In this document: one piece after another, positions 1 to 12,561 of the stretch
How the letters are laid out: each line of letters starts with the position of its first letter
Position numbering within the stretch: position 1 is the first letter of the stretch
Source: Tubiluchus corallicola
Lineage: Eukaryota > Animalia > Priapulida
Assembly: GCA_030141605.1 (NCBI GenBank)
Contig: JAQGDQ010000026.1
Coordinates: forward strand, 248,001 to 312,000
Direction: 5' to 3'
DNA: 64,000 nucleotides
Position numbers and translations under genes: made by a program
Notes under the pieces: generated by a model
What the model was told of the DNA's origin: nothing
Seen by the model: the letters and a program-made list of their open reading frames with translations, nothing else
The model's database searches: none

Positions 1-1399
1 TCCAGGCACTGAAACTGGAACTAAAGATAGTAGTACCTAGGTTTATTCATTATTTTGTTATTTACGAGTAGACATAATGGATTTTTTGCACAAATCATTG
101 AGCACAGTTTGAAGCAGGAGACGTTAACGATACACTTCTGATTTAAACATCAAAACGATTTTGATTATGGGTACATATTCTATTCAGGGCGTATGTTAAT
201 ACAAATATACCGTTCCAAAATCAGCGACATAGGCCTATAAATGTCTTGCAATGTGGTGTTTTCAGCTGTTTATGACGTTAATCATTTAACAAGCAACATT
301 TTGAAAAAAAGAAGAGATTCCCAAATAAAACTAAACTTGGTAGGCTTCACAAGGATCTATTCTGACAGAATCTACTGTCCGATCGGTATGATACATCCGA
401 CAACGGTAAATAACGTGCATTTTATGACTGATTTTTACTTCATCAAAAGCTGTCGAATTCATCGCACGTATCGTAACATCGGTCGCACGCAACATTACCG
501 CGTATGTGTATAAAATTTATGCCCATTATCTTTGATATACAATTGCTATTATTTTATTTCTTAAAATTAATTGTTATTATTGTCTTACGTTTCTTAAAAA
601 GCAAATTTCTTTTCTACGTGTAAGTAAAAGCGCTGCAAATTTGAAACTTGTTTGATTAACTATCTACTTCGAGTTCAAAGTAGCCGTACAATCAAAATGT
701 GTAGCTTGACTCTTTTTGGAGAAGAGCAGACTATACAAAGTTAAAAAGTTCACTTGCGCTGACGTTGCAGTACTGAGAGTAGTCTGCAGACAAAACTGTT
801 TAGCAACTTTAGAAACACAGTATACAGTAACAGTATACAATTAGGTTTAGATTCTCACTGACCTCACAAAAAAGTCATAAAAATTTTTAATAACTACTTC
901 ATAGTAAAAAAGTTTTAGCTGGGTAATCGGTTCGCACGCAAATGTACTATAAAAGTAATCCTTTTGTGGCACCATAAAAATTGTTCTTTTGTTAAAAGTT
1001 TATATATTATAATTAAAAGACCAGTTATTTCTCGTAACAGTCGTAGAAATACTAACGTGTTCTTAACGCAAAATGAAGATAGCTAGAGTTAAGTAATTTG
1101 AGCCTTAATTGTTACGATTTGTACATAGCGAACGTAAGTACGATAGAGATAATTATTTATTAATTAGTTCAAAATTACTTGACTGATGTACAATAGAACT
1201 ATTAGAACAATTAATTGACATTAAATATTAGGAAATACAACTTTTATTTAGACTTCAATTTAGTCTAGACTAAAATTGACTATTACGACCGCAGACGTAG
1301 TAGTGACGAAATGTACTGAGATGAAATTAATTTACACTGTAAGGAAATATTTTTCAGTTCATTAATGATATTTCTTAAACGTAGTTCCTATCAGAGTAG

Positions 1400-1880
1400 A
1401 GTTTTGTTTTGTTATGAACAGGAAGCTCATTAAAACGTTTCAGAATTTCAATACTTTAAAGCGTGTTTGATGAATTTAGGAATGCTCTAATCTCAGTTCC
1501 AACCTGTTTCAAGTAGGGCATGTATCCACTATGCAGCTCAAAATTTTGTGCTTACGCAATTTCAAGATGGTAAGCTGGAATTGTTCTCCAGACGCATTTG
1601 TAATAGTATTGCAGAAATAACAAATTATAAACATGGTTTGGCTTCAAAATTGCTGACGATTTTGTAAATTGGCTCCGCATGGGCATTAAATTTTGAGTAC
1701 GGCAATACGCATACAACTTTTTAAGAGCCTTTTCTATCTTATTCCATTTCAGGCGGCAAACTAGTAGCTTATACCTTAGTTTATATAACACATTATAAGA
1801 GACTGATGAATTCTTCATTTAGCAGACAATGGCAATACGTTTTTCAATCTGTCGAAAATTCCAAGGTATGTTATAGGATA
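1400..1880 (-). mobile_element. Highly degraded LINE ORF2 C-terminal fragment
   Basis: Minus-strand frames give LGIFDRLKNVLPLSAK*RIHQSLIMCYIN*GI and AHAEPIYK, resembling post-RT segments of CR1/L2-group LINEs. Confidence 0.55.
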
Positions 1881-2859
1881 TAACTGCTTCAATAAATCAA
1901 GAAGATTCTCCAAAATAGAATCTTAACCACATTCCGGAATTTGATCTTAAGGTATAAGCATACTGATTCATAATGACGACTTATACAGTGAGGGAATTAA
2001 AATTTTGTATATCGAAAGAACAATGTAATGTAAAATTTCACAAATAGTTCGCACTAAACTATTTAGATAAATGTGACAAAGTGGATTGTAACTTGAATAA
2101 CGCCTTACCTATCAATGTTGCCAATAGCATCAAATAAAAAATTGTTAAAACTAGAGAAAAACACTTCATTGTAAACATGCAATTTTGATGACACAGACCA
2201 CACGGTAGCGCACGCATTCTGTGCCTACACGCTTCTTCTTAAAGTATATACCGTGTACAAAATTACACAACCGAATAACAAAGATACCACGACTGCAACA
2301 TTTAGCTTCGGGCATTTGTCTGTGTCTTAGTTCACTGCTAGTTGCTTGTAAATATGTGAATTAGATTTTTGAAATGTGTGCGCTTCGTATTCCAGAAATT
2401 GGCCATACACATTTACATGGAAAACAAAGGCTATGCTTTTCGTGGTTTTCGGGTCATTGAAACGCTTTACAATGAAACGCTAATTGTTATAAAACATCAA
2501 GACTACAATAAGACCATAATATTAATCATAGATGGCACAGGGGAACGAACAAATGCGCGAGACTTCATCATAAGGCAGCTTAGGATGCATATAAAGGCCA
2601 TTTAGTCTAAACAGTTGCTAAATTATGTATCTAAACATTTCAATTATTTTAAGTAAGATTCTTCATATTTCATTTTATTGTTAAATTGTAAATCTTGAAA
2701 ACTCGGTTAATTTTAATTTATGTCCTTTCACTAAAAAGTTATAAATGAACCGACAGTTATTCAAGTTTTTCAAATCAAACTTGACCTAAGATAGGACTTT
2801 GGTTAGATTTCAAGCAAGAACTTTTAGATTGCAAGTCCAATCGTATAATCCCGAGACCA

Positions 2860-2965
2860 CGGAGCTGTGTTTTATAGTCTATCTGTGACCGTAATCGAAA
2901 GGTCTGGTTCAAATCCAGGATCTGTTAAAATTTTCATATTTAGTACTACTACTACTACTACTATT
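2860..2965 (+). mobile_element. Degenerate tRNA-like SINE head with (TAC)n tail
   Basis: B box ggttcaaatcc at about 2906-2916; tactactac run at 2944-2962. Confidence 0.35.
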
Positions 2966-3676
2966 TTGCCTTTATAGAAACATAATAATTCAAAAACTTC
3001 TTTTAGTTCAGGTTTCAAAAATTCAATAATTGTGAGTTCATCCTATTAACAAGTGCTTTTGAAGGTGGTAACGGAAACTCGCATGAGCAAATATTTGTGT
3101 AACTTTAGCTATACCTATTCATTAATTTGCAAACAATGGTCGAAGCCACCTTGGCAGCCTCGTTATAGGCACACAGCAGCACAAAAATTTTAATTTAATA
3201 ATTGGGCGGTAGGCCATAAATTTTTAATGTATGAAAGTATTATATATTTCAGTGTTAATTAAAAGGGGCTGTTTTAACAAACAACATCGATTGCTGCCGA
3301 TCGGTCTTTGTAAAAGTACTTTTCAAAAGAGTGGCACTAAACGCGTTTTTTCACTTTATAATATCTCCAAGCATCTTCCTCTCATTAGATGTACATGCAA
3401 AGAAAATTAGCAATTGCAAAAAAATAAATCATTATATAAGCGATAAATAGTTTGTTACAAGAATAAATAAAAATTCAACTTCTGTAAAACCCCTGATGCA
3501 ATATTCGTTAGAGCTGTTACGAACGTTTTTACGTCACGTCCAGCAAACTCACAAGCGGCAGTATGACCTATTACGTCATTAGAATAACTTCATTTTTCGC
3601 AAAAAAGGTTTTTTAAGTAATGTAGTTACGAGTAGAATGCGTGTTTAATATTGGTGCGAACGAAACATAGTTATTT

Positions 3677-3827
3677 TATTGCAGTGGTTCTCAATTGATT
3701 TTGAATTTGATAATGAGCACTGACGTGATGGAGCTGACAAAAAATTAGGTATTGCAGTGGTTCTCAATTGATTTTGAATTTGATTTTGATGAGCACTGAC
3801 GTGATGGAGCTGACAAAAAATTAGGTA
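3677..3827 (+). repeat. Tandem duplication, 2 x ~73-76 bp
   Basis: tattgcagtggttctcaattgattttgaatttgat...gagcactgacgtgatggagctgacaaaaaattagg occurs twice, nearly identical. Confidence 0.95.
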
Positions 3828-4179
3828 CGTAACTTCTTATAAGGTTGAAGACATACAAAATTTAAACAAACAATTCACTTATGCACACGCGAAGTTCACA
3901 AATGGATTTCTCCAACCTGTCGTAACGCACATAAAATCACTTTCCTTGGCTTACTTCAATTCAAATACCTATATCCAAATCCACACATTCACTTCCTAAA
4001 GCAAAGGCCCTGTCGCACATCTGAAGCATTTCTAGATCTAGCATGTGTGTTGCGGGCCCAGTAAGTTCCTATTTTATATAGGTAAATGTACATTGATTAC
4101 AGCAAATCTACTGATAAATGTTTTTTAAATGGGGCAGGGGATGTACTTGCTAAATTACAAGTGAACGTATCTAGCGATG

Positions 4180-4270
4180 TTCGTGGCTCAGTGGATAAGC
4201 ATGTGCTTTCAAGCGAGTAGCGTGTATGAGACCGCCTGGGTTCGATACCTGCTTGCTCCGGGTGGTGTTA
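4180..4270 (+). mobile_element. Pol III-type (tRNA-derived) SINE head
   Basis: A box tggctcagtgg (4184-4194) and B box ggttcgatacc (4239-4249); it does not fold into an intact cloverleaf. Confidence 0.6.
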
Positions 4271-6202
4271 TTCGTAAACGTTGACTTCTTAGCCTGGGAA
4301 GATGTAGAGGGAAGATGTATATACAGGGTCGTTCAAAAAACATTCGTAGACGTGAGACTGGTATTTCTAAAAGAGACTCGCCGTGAAAAAAACGAACTAG
4401 CGTCGCTTGGTGGGGCTTTTGGAGGGAATTTTGCGGAAAGAGGAGAAGCCTTTTGGACCTTCTCCTTCTCTTTGGAAAAAACATTTTCTTTTGGAAACAG
4501 AAAAACTGGCTTCACAATGACACGGGTCTCAATGACACAATCACAATTACCTGCCAGGATGAAGGCTATGAGTTGGTTTGTGGAATGTTTTTTATGGACA
4601 ATCCTATACATCCGGATCATGACTGAGTCAATTCAAAGCCATAAACATCTATCAAGGTCTTGCCTTGAAAGATAGGCTTACTGTGTGTCAAAGTGTATAA
4701 GAAATACAAATATGGATCATTGAGTAATCCCTTATTGTTCATCCCATTCCCAATCATCAATCCCGCACTGTAATATTACACCCGATGTCATGCAAGCACC
4801 CGAAGGGTTCAGTTTACATGACATTGGTATCCAAAAATAATAGCTATATGAGATGCCAATAAAACCAGTCCCGGGCTCAAGACAGGTAAAAACGCGTGTT
4901 CAGGCATTATGCTGCTATAATAGCTAACGTGTTTTAAGGCATGTAAGAAAAGCATAACTTCATTGTGACGAAAACTAACGCGTGACTATAAAACATTTAT
5001 AACCAGGATAAAATAGGAATGTTTTGCTACAAACTAACATCGCGTGTCTACAAACGTGAGCAAATTTGTTAATCCACCTGCTCACTGTAGTTAAGCATAA
5101 TCTGCAAACTCATAATTAAAGGGGCCGTTAACTTGAAAAAAAAAACAAATTCGACCTATTACGTATCACATTGATGTTAACTTAATATGCATATTCTCCA
5201 ATGTTCAACCTTTAATCTTGAGTTTTGTGACAAGTCACTAGAAGTTCTACACTTTCCATATTCTCCCAGAGCTTTCAAACCATAATTAAGACACAATACT
5301 ACAGGGTGCAAAGAAGTCACTGCACATAATGTATTCTATATTTTTAACAGACAAAGCAACAAAGCAAAATGTCTGAAAATTGGTATAAATTGACAACTGA
5401 GTCGAGATAATTTTGGGTAATTCTTTTCATTTTTGACTGGAACTTCGTTTCTATTACAATGACAAAACGCTAAAAATGAGGTGCAAAATCACCCTAACAT
5501 GAGATTCTTCGTCCACAAACTGAAGTTAGCGGAAATTCAAAGCACCTTATGCACCACATTTTTCACATGTATTTTTTCAGAGTACAGCCCTTCCTCACCA
5601 CAGCGCAGGACTCCTGACTTGCCCTTGGTTGGTCTCTAAAGCTCTTGAGATCACTGAAGGTAACGAGAATAGCAAAGCCTACTAGTGCAGCAGTTCTTTT
5701 CGTATTTTCCTCTAATTCGACTAAAAGAATTGCTCAAGGTTTTAGTTCATCTTTACCAATTTTCAAACATTTTGCTTTGTTCGTTAAAAATAAATTATAG
5801 AAAGTGTATAGTGACTTTTAGGACGCTCTGTATATTATTTTGTATTATGACCTTCAAATATTCGACAAGCTTGCTATTATGTAAATACGTACGCGTTACA
5901 GAGCAGAATAAATCAAATCTTGAGCACTCAAATGCCTGTTGAGAAATGATCCGCAAAAAATGAAATTTGCGATTAAAATAGTTGAATCGCGTCATTTAAG
6001 TCGTCATTAGTAAATTAATGTTACTTAATTTAAGTAGTAATTTCCCAAATTTGAATGCAGATTATCAAGCTCTTGTTTGGAAAATAGTTTGCACCAACTT
6101 TCACCCTATTTATTTTTAATAGACAGCAAAGTAGCCAATCTGGAATATTCTTCATACAGTCTTAGAAACATGTTAGTCGCCGATTATTTAGTGAGATGAT
6201 TC

Positions 6203-6216
6203 CGCCATCTAGTGGC
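6203..6216 (-). promoter_or_regulatory. CTCF core consensus match
   Basis: cgccatctagtggc reads GCCACTAGATGGCG on the minus strand, an exact fit to CCASYAGRKGGCR, about 0.7 kb downstream of the NCBP2 stop codon. Confidence 0.45.
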
Positions 6217-6941
6217 TGTTAAAGAAAAGAACTGAGTGCTTAATTCCTAAAAATGGAAACGAATACAGCGGACAGCAATATATTGCCTTGTTATAAGACA
6301 TTAATGAAGGTCACAATTATTATGACTAATTGTGTTCTTAATGAATAAATATGGTCATGTAATTCACACTTGTTTTAACATAATTTGGGCTACTCTGGAC
6401 ATTCATGTGCTAACAATTTTTGCAACTGTAAAATGAACTGTTTCCACTTACGCACAAAATCACAGCTGACAAAGTTTCAAAAAACGGAAATTTTTTGTGC
6501 TCAGATTAATTTCTATTTCTGTCCCTAACTCTAGTAAATATTCTGGCTGTCATTCCATTGTACATGCAGAAGCTAATATTTAAGAAATTGATAACATACA
6601 AGATATATAACCGAATTATAAAAGACTGTCCAGCAATTTTAGAATAATTACAGTATGTTAGCACATATATATAACATTATGTTTTTAACCATACTCAACT
6701 TTCATCTTCCCTATAAACGACTAGAAAACAGGGTTTCATCAAAAACTTTATTATATACATCATGAATGTGATTTTTCTACAGTATGTACACAACACTACC
6801 AAGTATAAGAAAATGTATGTACAGTGACTCTGCAACATGTACATACGAATCACTAAAGCATTCAATCTGAACTTCTGGCCTTTTAGCTCACAGTTCCCAA
6901 ATTTAGATACTTTACAACAACACAAGATGACATAACCAACA

Positions 6942-7927
6942 TCAGTTATTTCCATAAGCTTGCCGTTGCTTAATGAGCTGACCCCAGCCGCCTCGGCCGC
7001 TATCGTAATCCTTTCTATACTCATCCCGAACCTAAAAATAATTTTAGTTACGTCAAATTATGTAAAAAATTAAAATTTAGAAAAACATGTAGAAGTACCA
7101 GTGTGAATATACAAAGAAATTCATAATGATAAGAGCTCAAGATATAAATCTTGTAATAATACCAGAAAAATCAAAAGCTTCACTGGTAATCTTTCATGCT
7201 TTTGCGACCACAAGAGAGAAAGTGTGCAAAACAAGGAGAAGTCAGTTTGGCCCAGCGATAATCAGCATTTTACTCTTTGGGCGTGCAGTCTGATAAGGAC
7301 ATAAAAATGTTGCATGATATTCTAGACAATCACCATATTTTAACATTCATTTAAAATGGGGCTTTAGCATGAATTCTGCATTCAACATTGCAACTTGCAA
7401 TAGCCCAAGTGACTACCTCTAAAGAAATTTGTTACAAAGTCAGGCCAGAAATCTTGCGTATGCTTTCAAGTAGCACATCTAGCTAATTAATTGCAAAATT
7501 TATTTAGCATCATAATACAATTCGACAATGAAATTAGATTTCACATTTAATTTAAATGGTCTTTACATTTAAATGAAGTGCATCGGAGCAAATAAGTTCA
7601 AGCGACAAAGATGGTAACTTGTGCATTGTTTACTAATTTCTGGGTTACTTGCTTGTGTGTAACAATTCTATGGAGCCATTCACTTGACTGTGATGTTGTT
7701 TTTGTTCATGTAATAAAAAAATTTGCCAATTACTTACTGTGACGTGAACAATGCATACTAAATTTTCACAAGTTTGGACCATGACAACTGTAAACGAGTA
7801 TCTATAATTAATGAACAACTTAGTTTTTACCATCGTTTCAGCCAAGGTTATGTATCGCCGCCTTTATCATCATGCGATGAAACATGCCCACTAGGCAATC
7901 GTTTTTCAAAAAAAGGGAATAAGGGGG

Positions 7928-8023
<96 letters not shown>

Positions 8024-11000
8024 AGTGAGAAAATGAAAGGATGAAAGGAACAGAGAAAAGCTTAAGCTTGACTGAAATGATCCTGTGGGTGTAGCGGCAG
8101 CGATGCAAAAGTCAACGCAATCGAAGCTCGCCTGATTTTGCTAACCATTTTAAAGGGTAGAGTTTGTTCAGTTTGTAGAGCAGCTAGAAAGTTAAAATTT
8201 GCTTGCTACTTTGTCACGCTAACACCTTCCATGACAAGCAATAAATAGTGCTCTAAACAGTGTATGTTTAACAGAAAAAAATAAGCGAGTAACCCATTGC
8301 TTTGTATTCCAGACTAGCTTTTAAAATTCAAAATTATTGTTGCACATCCAGCAAGTTAAAGTTCATTCAGCCAGGTCTTAAGTCTGTTTGTAACGTCTCC
8401 GAGAGACTGTGAGAACATTTGCCATTTGGGCTGCTTAGAAACCAACTGGAAAAATGTAAAACGTAAAAAAAATGCTGGGAGAACTTTAATTCAATAACCA
8501 AATTAGTCATTTTTCAAGATATGATGTTGGCCCACGTAAATACGAGGTAATGTGGCAAAGTGGTATTGCCATAAAATTTCACTTTATATTAGCGAAGATT
8601 TTTTATTCCTGTTATGTCTAAGCAATTGTCTACCTTGTATATACCTTGGGAAATTCCTGACTTAACATGCTTAACTGAAAGTCTTAAATAAGTAGTTAAG
8701 TAAATAAAAAATGTAACATTTTTAAATAAGTTTTACAATTTTTAAAAAGTTACAACTTGTCTAAAAGAAAAATATCAAAATATTATAGAACACAACCTGT
8801 CCTCCAGATCTGCCTCTACCATACTGACGACCTTCCCTAAATCCAGCATCCCAATCAGTCCTTACTATTCGATCATCCAGTCTTGTGCCGTTGACGTATC
8901 TCATTGCATCTTCCGCATCTGATCTTGTGTAATATCTGAATATTTCTGTTAAGTCATTCCTTGTCAATATTGGCAAGACTTGCAAGTTTAAATTCAAAAA
9001 ATATTGTTCAAAAAATATATGCTTTATGTTACTGCATCACATGTGTAAATTTGAAAAAAAACACAACAGCCTTGGCCCCAGAATGCACAAAATGTAAAGG
9101 GACTTACAATAGGTAAACATTTTAAAAACATTTATGTGCTGTCGTGAATTTCGCACGTTCTAAGCCTACCATCATTCTTTCCTGCAGCTACTTAATGATC
9201 GCACGTTTTGTACATTCCATCGCAGCATGTTCCATTGTACTACATGTATGCAGCAGCACTAATGTTTAGTTTGAAACTGTATCAACAGAATGCTATCTAA
9301 TATAACTAATATTTGCCAGTTATATCCAGTTATACTGGATTTAGGGTTTATAGCTCTTACCCCACAAGGCTCCTGCCCGACTTTTTGGGTCTTGCCAATA
9401 ATATTGCAGAGAGAAAAACAAAAACATACATAAAAAATTATATTTAGAAAAATGGGATCTTACGATGTGTTGAAAAAAGCAGTTCTTATTTTACTTTTGA
9501 GTGCTTGGCCACTTTAAGTTAGTCATGGAAGAAAGCTATGCCCTTAGTGAATTCTATCACATTGCTGCTAATGGATTGCACCTATGCCAGCTGCTGGGCC
9601 AATGTGAAACACTCCCATCTCCAGGAACAAGACCAATTGGTTGGCAGAGAGCGGAAAGCAGTTAAGAGTTGAACGTGTCTGATCATAATGAACAATTGAG
9701 CCACGTAGATGAGGAGACGAAAACGGCGTCACTTGAAGGTTACTGGTGTTGTATTATGCACCCTCCAGTAATTCTTTGTTCGTAACAAAGAGAAACCAAA
9801 AGGAAGCGAAGTGAGGCGGACGACTTTCATGGAAGGAATCTAGGTGAGGTTGTCAGAGCGAAGGATAAATGTCTTTCTGCCACAAAGCAGAACCAACATT
9901 ACACAGATGTCAACTCAAATAGATAGAATTTAGTTATCAGGCAGAAATTGTTGCTAGGGCAAAGCAATAAAAGTAAAAAACCAGAGGAGCAATCCATAAA
10001 ATTGTTTGGCATGCTGGCATCTGCATGATGAGTATAATAATCTAGACATCAAAAACAATAAATCTTTGAAATGTCAGCAACCTTAATAGTTAGAAGTTTG
10101 GGCTGTTTTGAGCATTAACACCCTATTTCAAATTCTGTCATCAGGCTAAATTGTATTGCTATAATGGCAGAATCTTACAAAGGATGATTTGTACAGACAA
10201 ATACACAGACGGAATTTACGGCTCTATCATTTAATATATATTGATCAAATGAATGCTTACCAGTTTTGAATAGAAGAATTTAACTTGAAATTTCGTCAAA
10301 TCTGATGCATGCTACTAGATGCTATTTAAGTGCAAATGATTTTTAACGAAGGATACTCGACAAAAACAAATCCACATGGAGTTTTCTTAATTTTGTCTAA
10401 ACCCATGATAACTCTTTTAATATCACCACATTTCATAAATAATTCATAAATTTGCTCTTCGGTCGTGTAAAAAGACAAATTTCCAACATAGAGAGTTGCA
10501 GTTGTTCTTAATAATGATTCCTGTTCAGCCCGGCTACCCTAAAACAGTTTCACAAATCACTGTTATATTTTTAGTGCAATGCAAACGATAGAAATAGTTT
10601 GTCATTAAGTCAATACAGTGTGTCACAAGAAAGATACTAGGACTAGTAACGCTTAACATATCACATACCTTACACATCATATTCATAGACAACTTTATTG
10701 GGACAAGTGCTGTTAAATTTTATGACATTTATTGAATCATAAGGTTCTTCACACGGGTACTTTCACACCAGAACCTTTATTTTTAACTATATTGTCACTT
10801 TTTTTATTTTGATTTTTGCATGTAACTGGGTGATGGAACCAAATTCTGAGAAATAACTGGAAGTGCATCAGCCAAGAAATTCAATGTGAGAATCATTGCC
10901 AATGTGCCGAGTCTCAGCCAGTTAAAAATAAATACAGATATTTAATAGACTTTCAAAATATCAGAAATTTTTTAATTCTATCAGTTACAATGTAGTACGT

Positions 11001-11834
11001 TCTGCTATTTTTTGAAATTAATTATTTTAGAAAAATTAATTTCATAATAATGATGGATAGTCCTTGACAATTCACAAATGTATTTTTTACAAAAATATAA
11101 TCATTATTATTAGCTCCATAAATATCATCATAATATTAAGCTAAGTATCTAATGCTTTAAACAGAGAAACTATGTAAAACTCGCTAACCCATTTATTTAG
11201 TAGAAAACAATTATTTGTCCAAGAGGGAGTAAAAGGAATCACCTGTCTGCGAAGCAAGACAAAATAAAAAACAATATACCTTAAGCAAATGTTGCAATTG
11301 CCTAAAAAGTGTGCTATTTCACTTCAAAGAAGATTAATATTGGCAAATATTAATTCTTCTAGCTCAGAATAAAATTCTTTTATTTTATCAGATGTATAAT
11401 AAAAAGTAAAATTTTCCAACGTGTATTGACGTTTTTAATTATTATTATTATTACATAAACAAGGGCAAACAGACGGTGCCAGTAGGCTTAGCGACTCAAT
11501 TCGCGACCTGTCTCTAGTGTCCTACTTGGGCAGCCCATGTAGTGATGTACGCCAATCGTTCTACTTCGGCTAATGGATTACTCGGCGCCCAACATTTAGT
11601 ATAAAATCAAGCAATTTGCACTACTTTGTGGTTTACAGATCTTGATTTTTTGCTTCTGAAAAAGAAAAGTCCACTTAAATCGTCCAGACGAGCAGGACAT
11701 GCATCTGTATTCGATGCTCGCGGAACCCTACTGAAAGACACCTAAGGATTTTATACTGTAAATAACTAAAATCGCTAAAGTAAATTTACTTTAAAATGTT
11801 GGTCTCTGTAAGAACTCAAATCTGTGCTTGTCAT
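6942..11834 (-). CDS. NCBP2: Nuclear cap-binding protein subunit 2 (CBP20), 4 coding exons, 151 aa
   Basis: Exons 11834-11790, 10538-10357, 8935-8797 and 7031-6942 have GT/AG ends and consistent phases (45+182+139+90 nt). Translation: [15 protein letters not shown]|[61 protein letters not shown]|[46 protein letters not shown]|[29 protein letters not shown]. This is an unmistakable CBP20 RRM; start context is gccATG. Confidence 0.97.
7932..8025. repeat. (GA)n microsatellite in NCBP2 intron 3
   Basis: Directly visible. Confidence 0.98.
8936..10356 (-). other. U12-type (minor spliceosome) GT-AG intron 2 of NCBP2
   Basis: Donor GTATCCTT (reverse complement of aaggatac, 10349-10356). Branch-like GACTTAAC (8955-8948) lies about 12 nt upstream of the AG, and there is no polypyrimidine tract. 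Confidence 0.9.
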
Positions 11835-12090
11835 GGCTCGAAAAATAAAGTAACTGCCGGCCGGCCAACTCCCAACAACAGTGCTTAAATTTAAAAAAAT
11901 AGTAATAATTATTATAATTCTTTTTCCAGCTTTTCTCTTTCTTCACAAGCAAAAGAGGGTATCATTGCTGCTTACCGCTCGACCGCAAGGAATCGCAACA
12001 CAAATTTGCATTCAAATCGAATATGTTTTATTTTCTTGGTCTACATTACGAAATCTACGTAATTTTCGATTGAAATTTTGATTTTTGCAG
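11835..12090 (-). promoter_or_regulatory. Probable NCBP2 promoter/5'UTR
   Basis: CpG-enriched stretch (gccggccggcc at about 11856-11866) immediately upstream of the ATG, with no acceptor-like sequence. Positional inference only. Confidence 0.45.
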
Positions 12091-12097
12091 TATCAAT

Positions 12098-12561
12098 TAG
12101 GGGTGAGCATCGAACATTCGAAACGATTCAAAGAATGTTCTTCGATTGCCGTCCCTCAGTAACAAAACGCCACAAGTACGAAATATACAAAAGACAGTTC
12201 AGGCTGGATGTTAACGAAAATGGAACGTTCAAGTTCGAACGTTCAAATTCGCTTCAAACGAATCTTTTAGTTCGAATTCAATTCGAACCTAAAGTTATAG
12301 ATTCGAATAGTTCCGCACTTCAGCCCATAATTATATTCTTTATCATTAAAGTGTTTGAAACATCATCTAATTAGCACAACTCACTTGCAGTTTCTGGGCA
12401 CAATTTTTAAACAAATTATTACTGGTTTTTCTGCAGAACGAAATCGAGTAATATATGCATGATTTTTGTAGAGTCGTCTATTACTGGCGGTTCAAAGTCT
12501 TGTTCGAAAATCTTCCAAACTCAATTCGAATACGCTTTCTGGTGGAGAATGCTCACCCCTA
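12098..12561. mobile_element. hAT-like MITE with perfect 13-bp TIRs
   Basis: taggggtgagcat (12098-12110) and atgctcacccta-type inverse (12549-12561), with many subterminal ttcga motifs. No matching 8-bp TSD seen. A diverged partial second copy lies at about 12890-13200. Confidence 0.8.

Noticed and set aside
241-2605. Short ORFs in the first 2.6 kb (and most other 60-100 aa ORFs in the track)
   Set aside because: No recognisable domains or splice-consistent chains; expected by chance or explained by TE debris.
3787-3815. C/D box snoRNA-like TGATGA...CTGA...GTGATG...CTGA
   Set aside because: Only about 28 nt long, with no room for guide sequences and no terminal stem.
4180-4260. tRNA gene
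   Set aside because: A and B boxes are present, but the anticodon and acceptor stems do not pair, so it is treated as a SINE head.
7180-7300. Two-hairpin segment in NCBP2 intron 3 as an H/ACA snoRNA
   Set aside because: No convincing ANANNA hinge or terminal ACA box.
7774-8108. RE-repeat and SL-repeat ORFs
   Set aside because: Translations of the (GA)n microsatellite.
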